This document shows, one piece after another, positions 11,014 through 20,524 of a stretch of 64,000 nucleotides of DNA (the stretch's first letter is position 1; every line of letters starts with the position of its first letter). The stretch is from Anaerolineae bacterium (GTDB lineage: Bacteria; Chloroflexota; Anaerolineae; UBA1429). A program made the translations under genes and the position numbers. The notes beneath the pieces were generated by a model. That model ran no database searches, was not told the origin of the DNA, and was given only the letters and a program-made list of their open reading frames with translations. The stretch is from assembly GCA_040767425.1 (NCBI GenBank), contig JAXGON010000005.1, forward strand, positions 26,969-90,968. The letters run 5' to 3'.

Positions 11014-12270
11014 ATGCGGAACAGGGTTTGGACGTTGGCGCTGGTGAGTTTCTTGGTGATCGTGGCGGTGGCGCTGTCAGGATGCTGTGGCGTGGCCAGT
11101 CGCTTGGCTTCCAGCCGTTCGGGTTCCACTCCCCAGGTCGTCACTGAGGTGGTTGAGCGTGTGGTCACGGCCGTTCCTGAGCCCACGCCGGTGCCCCCTG
11201 CGCAGCCGGTAGCCGAGGTGCTGCCGGGCGATTCGGTGCTGCCCTCTATCTATGAGCGCGCCAACCCCGCCGTGGTGAACATCACGACCCTGACCCGCCT
11301 GTCACAGCTTTATGGCCGCTACTATCGTCCTAGCCCTAACATGGACCAGGAGGACAGCTTGGTTCCGCAAGGCGAAGGATCGGGATGGGTCTATGATGGC
11401 GAGGGCCACATCGTGACCAATAACCACGTGGTGGCCAACGCCGAGCAGGTGCAGGTGACCTTCTGGAACGACGTCACCGCCGTCGCCGAGGTGGTGGGCA
11501 CCGATCCCGATAGCGACTTGGCCGTCATCCGCGTGGAGGTGGAGGATGAGCAGCTACACCCCCTCGGCCTGGCCGATTCTGACCAGCTCAAAGTAGGCGA
11601 CCGCGTGGTAGCCATCGGGAACCCGTATGGCCTGGAGGGCACCATGACCAGCGGCATCGTCAGCGCGCTGGGGCGCCTCATGCCGACGTCGTCCTCGGCC
11701 TCGGGGGGCTCGTACACCCTGCCCGACATTATCCAGACCGATGCCGCCATCAATCCCGGCAACTCGGGCGGCCCGCTGCTGGATCTCAACGGCAACGTGG
11801 TCGGCGTCAATACCGCCATCACGTCGCCAACCGCGGGGTTCACCGGCGTGGGGTTCGCGGTGCCCTCTAGCATCGTCGCTCGCGTCGTCCCAGACCTGAT
11901 CGCCCAGGGCTACTATGAGCATCCTTATCTGGGCGTGACCACCTTTACGCTGACGCCCACCTACAACCAGGTTGCCGGTCTCCCCACCGACCAGCGCGGC
12001 GTGCTGGTGCTAGAAGTCACCCGAGGCGGCCCCGCGGCCCAAGCCGGCCTGCGCCCCTCCAATGAGACCGTCGAGTATATGGGCTCCTCGGTGCCGGCGG
12101 GTGGCGATATCATCGTCGCCATCGATGGCCAGAAGGTGGACAAGTTCGACGACCTGATCTCGTACCTGACGCGCAAAGTCGAGGTTGGGCAGCGCATCAC
12201 ACTGACAGTTCTGAGGGACGGCGAGCAGGTGGATGTCGAGGTGACGGTGGGAGCTCGTCCCAGAAGCTAG
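11014..12270 (+). CDS. HtrA/DegP-type trypsin-like serine protease with PDZ domain
   Basis: [28 protein letters not shown]-terminal PDZ, lipoprotein-like N-terminus (LSGC). Confidence 0.95.
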   Translation: MRNRVWTLALVSFLVIVAVALSGCCGVASRLASSRSGSTPQVVTEVVERVVTAVPEPTPVPPAQPVAEVLPGDSVLPSIYERANPAVVNITTLTRLSQLYGRYYRPSPNMDQEDSLVPQGEGSGWVYDGEGHIVTNNHVVANAEQVQVTFWNDVTAVAEVVGTDPDSDLAVIRVEVEDEQLHPLGLADSDQLKVGDRVVAIGNPYGLEGTMTSGIVSALGRLMPTSSSASGGSYTLPDIIQTDAAINPGNSGGPLLDLNGNVVGVNTAITSPTAGFTGVGFAVPSSIVARVVPDLIAQGYYEHPYLGVTTFTLTPTYNQVAGLPTDQRGVLVLEVTRGGPAAQAGLRPSNETVEYMGSSVPAGGDIIVAIDGQKVDKFDDLISYLTRKVEVGQRITLTVLRDGEQVDVEVTVGARPRS

Positions 12271-12298
12271 GTTCCCCCCCAATCTCATTGACGCGCGA

Positions 12299-12343
12299 CG
12301 AGGGCGAGCCAGGGTGCGACGAGTGTCCCGGGGCTCGCCCTCG
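12299..12343. terminator. Hairpin between convergent genes
   Basis: CGAGGGCGAGCC...GGCTCGCCCTCG inverted repeat. Confidence 0.5.
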
Positions 12344-12417
12344 CTCCTATTCGTGACGCTGCCTGGAGGTCCGGTTGAGGGGCGAAGGACCTCAGACTTT
12401 GGCGCTGAGGCCGCCAG

Positions 12418-13764
12418 CTACCAGTTGCGGGCGACCAGCGGCAGGGCCACCCGCGGCTCGATATGCATGGCCAGCCACAACGAACGCTCCACGTCCAGGC
12501 GGCCGGCGCCATAGGAGGCGTCGGGGCCGGGGGTGCCCAGGTCGTGGGCGCCAGCCTTTAGCAGGGCTTCGACCAACCCGGGCGACATTCTCAAGCCTGG
12601 TGCCAGCAACGGCTCAATGGTGAACAGCAGCGCCACCGCCCCCGCCACGTGGGGCGTGGCCATGGAAGTGCCCTGTAAATGCCGATAGAGATCTCCCCCC
12701 CACAGCCACGGCCAAGTGCTGTACACCTGATCGGCTGTATTGCCGCTAGAGTCATCCCCGCCGGGTGCCGCCAGGTCGCAATGATCGCCCACCATACTGT
12801 ACGGGGCACGCACGTCCGTGGGGCCGGTGGCCGCCACGGCGATGACGTGGTTCATGGCAGCCGGGGCCATCAGATCGGTGACCGAGCAATCCTGGCCTGC
12901 AAAGCAGTTCCCCATAGCCGCCACCGAGACGGTGCCCTGCGCATAGGCATAGTCCAGCGCGTCTTGGAGGTACTGGTAATCCTGGGGCCGCGTCGGATTG
13001 TAGGCGGCGCCCAGGCTCATATTCAGCACCTGCGCGCCATGATCCACCGCCCATTCGATGCCGTCGGCCACCGCAGACATGGACCCTTGTCCCGTAGCCC
13101 CCAGCACCTTGATGGGCATGATCTGCGCGCCCCAAGAGACGCCGGCGATGCCGATGCCGTTGTTGGTCGCCGCCGCCGCGATGCCGGCCACATGGGTGCC
13201 GTGGCCGTGGTCGTCGCTAGGGACACTGTCGTCGTTATGAAAGTCATAGCCGCTGACCAGCTTGCTCTGGAGATCGGGATGCGTCAGCGCCACGCCCGTA
13301 TCTAGCACCGCGATGATCACCGGCCCGCCGGTGGTCACGTCCCAGGCGGCAGGGGCCTTGATGATAGGCAAGTTCCACTGGAACAGGCTGTAGCTGGGGT
13401 CGTTGGGGATGGTGTCCAGTGCGTAGACGATCCAGTCTGGGTGAGCATAGGCCACGTCGGGGCGCTCGCGCAGCGCGTCGATGACCTCCATCTCGCGGCC
13501 GGCGGCTACCTCCCACACCTCGCCGCCGGTGGCGGGAGAGCGCTGGATGAGTGCAGCATCGAACTGAGCCAGCACGTCGCCAGCCCCCCGCAGCACCGCG
13601 TCCCGCTGAAACCGCACCAGGATCCGTCCCGGCACATAGGCCGGCTCGCTGGGGGGCTGTGGCAGATCCACCACCACAGGGCCCTGGGGCGTCTGGGCCA
13701 CAGCGGCCGGTACGACCAGCAACCACAGGGCCAAGACCACGAGTCCGAGACGGCGTGTTGGCAT
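12418..13764 (-). CDS. Secreted S8 subtilisin/thermitase-like serine protease
   Basis: Signal peptide, catalytic triad AVLDTG / HGTHVAG / GTSMATPHVAG. Start could alternatively be 13800. Confidence 0.93.
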   Translation of the reverse strand: MPTRRLGLVVLALWLLVVPAAVAQTPQGPVVVDLPQPPSEPAYVPGRILVRFQRDAVLRGAGDVLAQFDAALIQRSPATGGEVWEVAAGREMEVIDALRERPDVAYAHPDWIVYALDTIPNDPSYSLFQWNLPIIKAPAAWDVTTGGPVIIAVLDTGVALTHPDLQSKLVSGYDFHNDDSVPSDDHGHGTHVAGIAAAATNNGIGIAGVSWGAQIMPIKVLGATGQGSMSAVADGIEWAVDHGAQVLNMSLGAAYNPTRPQDYQYLQDALDYAYAQGTVSVAAMGNCFAGQDCSVTDLMAPAAMNHVIAVAATGPTDVRAPYSMVGDHCDLAAPGGDDSSGNTADQVYSTWPWLWGGDLYRHLQGTSMATPHVAGAVALLFTIEPLLAPGLRMSPGLVEALLKAGAHDLGTPGPDASYGAGRLDVERSLWLAMHIEPRVALPLVARNW

Positions 13765-13966
13765 CGGAACGTCCTCTGCTATTCTCGTGACCGACACCAT
13801 AGACTCGCCATGATACCGGCGCAAAGGTTTCATGTCAATCTTACGTACACTCGGGCAAGTTGCCGCTTTACCGGTTCGCCTCTGAGGTGCAGACGTGCTA
13901 TGATGCAGGCGTGTCCCCACGCAAGGAGTAGTGTCGTCCCATGGACACGCGCGAGAAGGAGCCAAG

Positions 13967-15679
13967 ATGAGCCCGGAAAAGTTCTGTGTGAACTGCGGCG
14001 CGCCTTTGGAGGATGGGCAGAGGTTCTGTCCCAGTTGCGGCCAGCCCACGGACAGCCTTCCCGAGGACGAGGCGGATGTGACCCCGATCGACGAGGCCTG
14101 GGAGGCTGAGTCGGAGGGCCCCCGCGACGACGAGCCCGCACCGCCTCCGCCCCCGCCGCCCAGCGGAGGGCTACGGCCGGTGGCCTCGTCGTCGGCGCAC
14201 GATGATGGGCCGACGGCCGCCGGCTCGTCCGGCCAGAGGGCTGAGCCCACCAGACCGACGCCATCGCAGCCGGCATCGCCGCCACCACCTCCCTCGCGAC
14301 CGGCTGCCCCGCCAGCGACGACCGGTGGAGGGGGCAGCGTGCCGCCTCTAGGCGGCCAAGGTGGGCCGGTCGGCAGCACGCCCTCCCGTCCCGCGCGGCC
14401 TGCGCGGGCGGCTCAGCCCGTGCGGACGGCTCCGCCCAGCACGGGCGCCGACGAACCCAAAAAGAACAAGACGCTCTACTGGGTGCTGGGATGCGGCTGC
14501 CTGGCGGTCCTGCTGGCTGTGGTGATTGTGGTCGTCATCGCACTGCGCGGCGCGGGCCAGCTTGGCAGCCAGATCGAGAGCGCCGTTGGCGAGGCGGGCA
14601 TCCCCATCGAGCGGGCCGTCACCGTCGAGGCGCGCCCCGAGGGGACCTTGGTGGTGGCAACCGAAGAGGCTGAGGCGACCTCGGCGCCCACCGAGCCCAC
14701 CTCGGAACCTGCTGGCGCGACGTCAGGCCTCTCCGCTATTGTGGGCGATCTGCTCTATGAGGACGACTTTGGTGATGCCGACAGCGGTTGGGATGTCTTT
14801 GCCGGTGATGACCAGACCGTGGGCTACGAGGGCGGCCGCTATGTGATCGTGATCAACGCCACCGACTGGATGTCCTGGGGTAACGCCTACCAATGGTTTG
14901 GCGACGGTATCGTGGTCGAGGTGGATGCTACCAAGATTGGTGGTCCCGACGACAACGGCTACGGCATTGTCTTTGGCTACCAGGATGTGGAAAACTTTTA
15001 CCGGTACGAGATCGCCAGCGACGGCTACTATCGCCTGGGCAAGTACGTGGCTAACGAGTGGATCGAACTGATCCCCTGGATGGAGACCGATCAGGTCAAC
15101 CCGGGCGAGGACACCAATAGCATCGCCGTGGAGATGGGCGGGGGGACGATCTGGCTGTATGCGAACGGTACCCTGCTGGACTCGGCCGTCGACCGAACCT
15201 TTTCCGACGGCGATATCGGCCTAGTGGCCAGCTCGTTCGGGCAGCCTGGCGTTCAGATCGCCTTTGACGACCTGCGCGTCTATGCGCTGCAGAGCGACGG
15301 CGGGGCGAGCGCCTCGTCCGGCGGTGAGGTGATCGCCATTGGCGCCCTCTGGGGTTCCTGGTATGGCGTCGACTCGGACGGCATCGCGGGCTACTTTCAG
15401 TTCGCCGATGACGGCGGCTTTATCATTGCCGACACCGAGATGGGGTATTGGGGCGATGCCGAGTACCGTCTCGAGGATCAGGATGGCGAGCGTTGGATCA
15501 TGGTCTATGATGCCTCGAACGATGAATGGCAACCCATCGCCTCAGTCGAGTTCATCGGGTCAGACACCATTCTGCTGACCAACCCTTGGGACGACACCAT
15601 CGAGATGGAGCGCATCTCTGATGACGAGCTTGACGACGTCCTCGCGGAGCTCGAGTACCAGCCTCTGTTCGGAGACTAG
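13967..15679 (+). CDS. Zinc-ribbon, Pro-rich, single-TM protein with acidic extracellular lectin-like (DUF1080-like) domain
   Basis: CVNCG..FCPSCG, poly-Pro linker, TM WVLGCGCLAVLL, LLYEDDF..SGW...FDDLRV. AAGGAG SD. Confidence 0.82.
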   Translation: MSPEKFCVNCGAPLEDGQRFCPSCGQPTDSLPEDEADVTPIDEAWEAESEGPRDDEPAPPPPPPPSGGLRPVASSSAHDDGPTAAGSSGQRAEPTRPTPSQPASPPPPPSRPAAPPATTGGGGSVPPLGGQGGPVGSTPSRPARPARAAQPVRTAPPSTGADEPKKNKTLYWVLGCGCLAVLLAVVIVVVIALRGAGQLGSQIESAVGEAGIPIERAVTVEARPEGTLVVATEEAEATSAPTEPTSEPAGATSGLSAIVGDLLYEDDFGDADSGWDVFAGDDQTVGYEGGRYVIVINATDWMSWGNAYQWFGDGIVVEVDATKIGGPDDNGYGIVFGYQDVENFYRYEIASDGYYRLGKYVANEWIELIPWMETDQVNPGEDTNSIAVEMGGGTIWLYANGTLLDSAVDRTFSDGDIGLVASSFGQPGVQIAFDDLRVYALQSDGGASASSGGEVIAIGALWGSWYGVDSDGIAGYFQFADDGGFIIADTEMGYWGDAEYRLEDQDGERWIMVYDASNDEWQPIASVEFIGSDTILLTNPWDDTIEMERISDDELDDVLAELEYQPLFGD

Positions 15680-15700
15680 CTAGCGGACGGCGAACGCCTA

Positions 15701-15733
15701 CGCCCCCGACGCCTCGCGGTGTCGGGGGCGTTT
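15701..15733 (+). terminator. GC-rich hairpin terminator
   Basis: CGCCCCCGAC...GTCGGGGGCG followed by TTT. Confidence 0.6.
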
Positions 15734-15823
15734 CGCGCTTCCCTCCACCCACGCCACCAGATCCGCCACGCTACCCAGCAACGCTAGCGCCGGGTACGCC
15801 GCCAGCTCCTCCCTCGGCGTGAC

Positions 15824-16420
15824 GAGATGGGCGGGGGACCCGTCCGGCTGTTATGCGAACGGTACCCTGCTGGACTGGCCGTCGACCGAACCTTTTCCGA
15901 TGGCGATGTCGGCCTGGTGGCGCTCGTTCGGGCAGCCTGGCGTTCAGATCGCCTTTGACGACCTGCGCGTCTATGCGCTGCAGAGCGACGGCAGGGCGAG
16001 CGCCTCGTCGGCGGGGAGGTGATCGCCAGTGATGCCATCTGGGGTTCCTGGTACGGCGTGACTCGGACGGCATCGCGGGCTACTTTCAGTTCGCCGATGA
16101 TGGCGACTTTATCATTGCCGACGCCGACATGGGGTACTGGAGCGATGCCGAGTACCGTCTCGAGGATCAGGATGGCGAGCGTTGGATCATGGTCTATGAT
16201 GCCTCGAACGATGAATGGCAACCCATCGCCTCGGTCGAGTTCATCGGGTCGGACACCATTCTGCTGACCAACCCTTGGGGTGACGCCGTAGAGATGGAGC
16301 GCATCTCTGATGACGAGCTTGACGACGTCCTCGCGGAGCTCGAGTACCAGCCTCTGTTCGGAGACCAGCTAGCGGACGGCGAACGCCTACGCCCCCGACA
16401 CCGCGAGGCGTCGGGGGCGT
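15824..16420 (+). pseudogene. Degenerate tandem duplicate of 15131-15731 (3' third of the preceding gene plus its terminator)
   Basis: Near-identical by eye, with substitutions, several frameshifting indels in the 5' half, and TAG changed to CAG at the stop. Confidence 0.9.
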
Positions 16421-16598
16421 GTGTTATTGTACGCCTCTACCCGCTCCAGGAGGCCATGGGCCCGCGGCTCAGCCCGGCCACGGAGTCGCGAAACGCCTTG
16501 GCAACCAGCGCCTCGCCGTTGGGAAAGCGCACCAGCGCTGCACCACCGCCTCCTCGCTCCCCGGGAGATGAGGTCGTCGAGAGCGCCCTGTCTGGCCA

Positions 16599-17552
16599 TC
16601 ACGGCTCCGCCCCTGGATTGCTGCCGGCGTCTCCGCCGTCTAGTCCCCTCTCACGCAGCGGCCACGGCTCCACGTGGATATAGGCATGGTCCACCTGGCG
16701 CAGGGCTTGCACGCGATCGCGCACCTCATGACTAGTGCGGTGCACCTCCTCCAGGCTGGTGGTGCCGTCCATGCGGATGTGGATATCGGCGTATACCTGC
16801 GGACCCTGGTGCTCGACAATCACCCGGTCGGTCATGATCACCCCGGGGACCGACCGAACGGCCGTGATGATGGCCTCATGCAGCTCGGGCGATGCAGAGC
16901 CACCCAAGAGCTGGTTGGCGGCTTCCTGGATCACTCCCCAGGCGGCGCGTAGGATCCACGCGGCAACGCCCACCGCCGTGATGGCGTCGGCCGGCGCCCA
17001 GAGCAGACTGGCAAAGGCTCCGGCTACGGCGGTGCTCGAGGTGACCACGTCGCTCAGGTTGTCCTTGGCCGAGGCGCATAGGGCCGAGCTACCAGCGGCT
17101 TGACCCAGCCGGCGTACCCGCAGGTACATGCCAATCTTTATGAGGGCTGAACCCGCCAGCACCACCAGCGGCCAGGCGTCCAGCGTGGGGCGCGAGCCGA
17201 CCATCAGGCCGCGTATGCCGGTGCGCGCCGCCTGAATGCCGGCGATGGCCATGGCCACACCGATCAGCAGGCTGACGAACGGCTCGGCCCGACGGTGCCC
17301 ATGCGGGTGACCCGAATCGGGCGGGCGTAACGCAAACCAGAGGCCGATCAACATCAGCAGACTATAGGCTAGGTCCGAGAGCGAGTTGGCTGCGTCGGCA
17401 TAGATGGCGCTCGAGCCGGTGCGCCAGGCGACGATGGCCTTGGCCGCCGCCAGAAGCAGGTTGCCGGCGAGAGCGATAAGCGCCGCCTGCCGGTAGGCGC
17501 GGCGGGTCTCGCTGGGTACGCGATCTGTGTCGACGGACTGGATGATGCTCAC
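16599..17552 (-). CDS. Cation diffusion facilitator (CDF/FieF-like) transporter
   Basis: ADAANSLSD, PPDSGHPHGHRRAE, KDNLSD, C-terminal IHVEP. GAGGTG SD before GTG. Confidence 0.9.
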   Translation of the reverse strand: MSIIQSVDTDRVPSETRRAYRQAALIALAGNLLLAAAKAIVAWRTGSSAIYADAANSLSDLAYSLLMLIGLWFALRPPDSGHPHGHRRAEPFVSLLIGVAMAIAGIQAARTGIRGLMVGSRPTLDAWPLVVLAGSALIKIGMYLRVRRLGQAAGSSALCASAKDNLSDVVTSSTAVAGAFASLLWAPADAITAVGVAAWILRAAWGVIQEAANQLLGGSASPELHEAIITAVRSVPGVIMTDRVIVEHQGPQVYADIHIRMDGTTSLEEVHRTSHEVRDRVQALRQVDHAYIHVEPWPLRERGLDGGDAGSNPGAEP

Positions 17553-17703
17553 TATCACCTCACGGTGCGAAACGTAAGGCGAGTATAGCACACCACCTCG
17601 GGGGCGTCACCCGATGCGGCCCCTGGGCGTAGCGCGGCATTGCCCATCGCGCCGCAGCTTGGCGTCCAGGCTGCTCGCGGTATGATCGTGACGGAAGGCT
17701 GGC

Positions 17704-18003
17704 TCAGCTCGCTCCCCCGGCGGCCACATCCACCAGTGGTAGACTGTAGGCGAACTCCCGGCGGCAATCCTTGCCGCCGGCATTGAAACCGCTATGCTGT
17801 ACCAGGTCCATCTCCAGATGTCCCGGTCGCGACTCGTTCCAGAAAAGGCGCTGGATCGGGATCTCCTGGGCGATCTCGTTCCTGCTCCTAGACGAGCGCC
17901 GAGACTCGAGAGACATCGGTTTCCCCACCGCATGACTCCCCCCGTAACATCATCATCTGAGGGGATCACACTCCTCCGGCGACATGTTAGCTGAAAGAGC
18001 ACA
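17704..18003 (-). mobile_element. IS remnant: internally deleted integrase-core (rve/DDE) transposase fragment plus element end
   Basis: EIPIQRLFWNESRPGHLEMDLVQHSG...EFAYSLPLVDVAAG resembles the DDE first-Asp region. Upstream motif GTAACATCATCATCTGAGGG and terminal CACA. Confidence 0.7.
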
Positions 18004-18008
18004 CTCCC

Positions 18009-18037
18009 TTGACGCCCCGCCCCCATGCGCCTATCCT
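18009..18037 (+). promoter_or_regulatory. sigma70-type promoter
   Basis: TTGACG-17 bp-TATCCT upstream of the AKR gene. Confidence 0.55.
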
Positions 18038-18072
18038 CTCCCTTCGAACACCACCCTCGTTCAGGAGGCCTC

Positions 18073-19188
18073 ATGGAGTACCGCGCCCTCGGCCGCACCG
18101 GCGCGCGCGTGAGCGCCATCTCGCTGGGCACCGAATACATCCAAGACGCCGACCAGGCCCGCATGGACGCCGTGATCGGGGCGGCGCTGGAGCATGGCGC
18201 CAACTATCTGGACGCCTGGTACGCCGAGCCAACCTTTCGCGATCGCCTGGGGAACGCCCTGCGCGGCCGCCGCGACGAGGTGCTCATCGCTGGACATCTG
18301 GGCTCGACCCACCAGAGCGGCCAGTACGTCCGCACTCGCGACGCCGACTTGGCTGAGCGGTTCGTGCTGGATATGCTGGAGCGGCTGGGCACTGATCACC
18401 TGGACGTGCTGTTCCTGCACAACTGCGACGAGCAGGACGACCTAGACGCCATCTTGGCGCCGGGCGGCCTGGCCGATCGTGCTTTGGCGCTACAACGCCA
18501 AGGGCGGGCGCGCTGGATCGGGTTCAGCGGGCACACGCCGGCCAGCTCCCAACGGGCGGTGGAGACAGGCATCGTTGACGTGCTCATGTTCCCCATCAAC
18601 CTGACCGGCCACGCCGCGCCGGGCAAGGCCGAGCTGCTGGCCGCCTGCGTCCGCGCCAACGTGGGCCTGGTGGCCATGAAGCCGTTTGCGGGCGGCATGC
18701 TGCTCCAGCCCGAGCCCACCATCCAGGCCAACCGGTACGTCTCGGCGCGTGAGGGCGAGCTGACGCGCCGCGAACCGGTGTCGCCCGCCACCTGCCTGGC
18801 CTATGCGCTAGCCCACGCCGAGGTCAGCACGGTGGTGCCGGGCTGCGCCACGGTCGAGCAGGTCCACGAGGATCTGGGCTACTGGGGGGCGCCGGCCGCG
18901 TCGCGCGACTTTAGCGGTGTGCTGGAGAGCTTTGCGACGTACGCGGAGGGGCACTGCGTCTACTGCAACCACTGCCTTCCCTGCCCTGCCGAGATCGACA
19001 TTGCCGCCATGAACCGCCTGCTCGATCGGGCGCGCATCCAGGGCGTCGACGACGCGTTGCGCCAGGCCTATGCCGCCATGCCCGCCAACGCCGACGATTG
19101 CCTGGCCTGCGCCGATTGCGAGACGCGCTGCCCCTTTGGCGTGGCGGTGGTGGATCGCATGGACGCCGCCCGCGAGCTGTTCGGATAG
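18073..19188 (+). CDS. Aldo/keto reductase with C-terminal 4Fe-4S dicluster domain
   Basis: MEYRALGRTG, GTDHLDVLFLH, GFSGH, AMKPFAGG, CVYCNHCLPC and CLACADCETRCP. Confidence 0.93.
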   Translation: MEYRALGRTGARVSAISLGTEYIQDADQARMDAVIGAALEHGANYLDAWYAEPTFRDRLGNALRGRRDEVLIAGHLGSTHQSGQYVRTRDADLAERFVLDMLERLGTDHLDVLFLHNCDEQDDLDAILAPGGLADRALALQRQGRARWIGFSGHTPASSQRAVETGIVDVLMFPINLTGHAAPGKAELLAACVRANVGLVAMKPFAGGMLLQPEPTIQANRYVSAREGELTRREPVSPATCLAYALAHAEVSTVVPGCATVEQVHEDLGYWGAPAASRDFSGVLESFATYAEGHCVYCNHCLPCPAEIDIAAMNRLLDRARIQGVDDALRQAYAAMPANADDCLACADCETRCPFGVAVVDRMDAARELFG

Positions 19189-19202
19189 CAGAGGAGGTAC
19201 CC

Positions 19203-20015
19203 ATGTCGCCCATCGCCTGTTCCAGCGGCCTCTTTCACCAACTCCCGCTCGAGCCCGCCCTCAAGGGCGTCGCCAAGCTCGGCTTCCGACGGGTGGACCT
19301 GCTGGCGGTAGAGGGCTGGAACCACATCAATCCCAGCGAGGCTGCCGATGACGTGGACGCCGTGGATGCCCGCCTGCAGCAGGCCCTGGAGGCAGCCAGC
19401 GTAGAGCTGGACGCGTTCAACATGGGCTTTTCCATGGCGCTGCATGAACGACGACCGGCGGCCTGCGAGCAGCGCCAGGCCGAGGCCGCCGCCATGGCCG
19501 AGCTGATGACCCGCTACAACCTCACCACCGCCTCATTGGTGCCCGGCCGCCCGGACCCCACCCTGCCCGCCGAGGCTCAGATCGAGCGGGCCGTGGCGTC
19601 CCTGCGCGAGATCATGGCGGTGACGCGTCCCTATGGGCTGACCATCGCGCTCGAGTGCCATGTGGATTCGATCATGGAAGACCCCGTCGTGGCGGCCCGC
19701 ATCCTGGACGAGGTGCCCGGTCTGACGGTAGCCTATGACCCCTCGCACCTGATCATGCAGGGGATTGCGCTCGAGGATACCGGCCCGCTACTGGATCGGG
19801 TCGGCCGCGTGCATCTGCGCGATGCCGCGCGTGGTGAGATGCAGGTGCGTTACGGACGGGGCGAGCTCGATCTGGACCGGTTGCTGGCCCTACTGGCGAA
19901 GCACGGGTACCGGGGCGGGTATTCGATCGAGGTGCTGGACCCCTGGGGCAGCCGCGCGGCTCGCCGAGACGTCCAAGCGCTGCAGCGGGCCTTGTCCGAG
20001 CGCGGCGTGGCCTAG
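19203..20015 (+). CDS. Sugar phosphate isomerase/epimerase (xylose-isomerase-like TIM barrel)
   Basis: LECH, YDPSH, VHLRD, GYRGGYSIE metal-binding pattern. Confidence 0.88.
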   Translation: MSPIACSSGLFHQLPLEPALKGVAKLGFRRVDLLAVEGWNHINPSEAADDVDAVDARLQQALEAASVELDAFNMGFSMALHERRPAACEQRQAEAAAMAELMTRYNLTTASLVPGRPDPTLPAEAQIERAVASLREIMAVTRPYGLTIALECHVDSIMEDPVVAARILDEVPGLTVAYDPSHLIMQGIALEDTGPLLDRVGRVHLRDAARGEMQVRYGRGELDLDRLLALLAKHGYRGGYSIEVLDPWGSRAARRDVQALQRALSERGVA

Positions 20016-20030
20016 CCCCCCAAACGCCAA

Positions 20031-20065
20031 GTGAGGCCGCCACGGTTTCCCGGTGACGGCCTCAC
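20031..20065 (-). terminator. 3' hairpin (GAAA loop) of the minus-strand ncRNA; probably bidirectional
   Basis: Minus strand GTGAGGCCGTCACCGG-GAAA-CCGTGGCGGCCTCAC followed by TTGGCGTTT. A G-U pair works only on the minus strand. Confidence 0.7.
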
Positions 20066-20069
20066 AAAG

Positions 20070-20370
20070 ATGCAGGACTCAAGTGACCTTTCTGCTCCCC
20101 TGATGATCTGCCCCTCAGCGGTTCGGACGTTTCACGATCCGTTCCACCGAAACACGTTTCTTCTGGCTTACGCGGCCGAGCGAGCCGGCTTGGCGCTCAC
20201 TGCTCTCGGACCTTGGCTCAGCGTGTGTTTCCACACGTCACACGAGCTCTCGACCCTTACCTCAGCTCACGGTTCCTGTCTAGGCTTGCGCCCTCCAGCT
20301 CCCCGTCTGCCAGACTCCCCGCTTTTTGGGGTCAGACCCGGAGATCAGTCCAATCTCTCGAGCCCTGCAC
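20070..20370 (-). ncRNA. Candidate ~300-nt structured stand-alone ncRNA of unknown family
   Basis: Own promoter and 3' hairpin, 14-bp closing stem, GCAA/GAAA tetraloop hairpins, internal 21-nt repeat, no credible ORF, no downstream gene on the same strand. Confidence 0.78.
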
Positions 20371-20374
20371 CAGT

Positions 20375-20403
20375 ATAATAGCACACCGACGAGAGGCTGT
20401 CAA
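20375..20403 (-). promoter_or_regulatory. Near-consensus sigma70 promoter driving the ncRNA
   Basis: Minus strand TTGACA (20403-20398), 17 bp spacer ending TGC, TATTAT (20380-20375): an extended -10. Confidence 0.75.
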
Positions 20404-20524
20404 GGGTTTTCCAGCCCGAATTCTGCGGGCTTTTCGGCAACAACGCATCTTTCGTGGGCCATGACCATCTGCTACAATAGGAGTGTCCGACCTGGTCGGG
20501 TCATGTCGCAAGGATGGCGCTCAG

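Noticed and set aside
13765-14379. N-terminal 205 aa of the 653-aa minus-strand ORF
   Set aside because: It is the antisense shadow of the Pro-rich plus-strand gene. The S8 protease signal peptide starts at about 13764.
15131-16420. Diversity-generating retroelement VR/TR pair
   Set aside because: Mismatches are not confined to adenines (C/T, G/T and G/C changes plus indels), the repeat is about 600 bp, and no reverse transcriptase is in the window.
20202-20266. Mini CRISPR array
   Set aside because: Only two imperfect 21-nt copies with a 23-nt self-complementary spacer, and no cas genes.
20070-20370. RNase P, tmRNA, SRP, 6S, group II intron, T-box or riboswitch
   Set aside because: Signature sequences are absent and there is no downstream same-strand gene. 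The short ORFs 20031-20378 and 20213-20464 lack an SD and protein-like composition.
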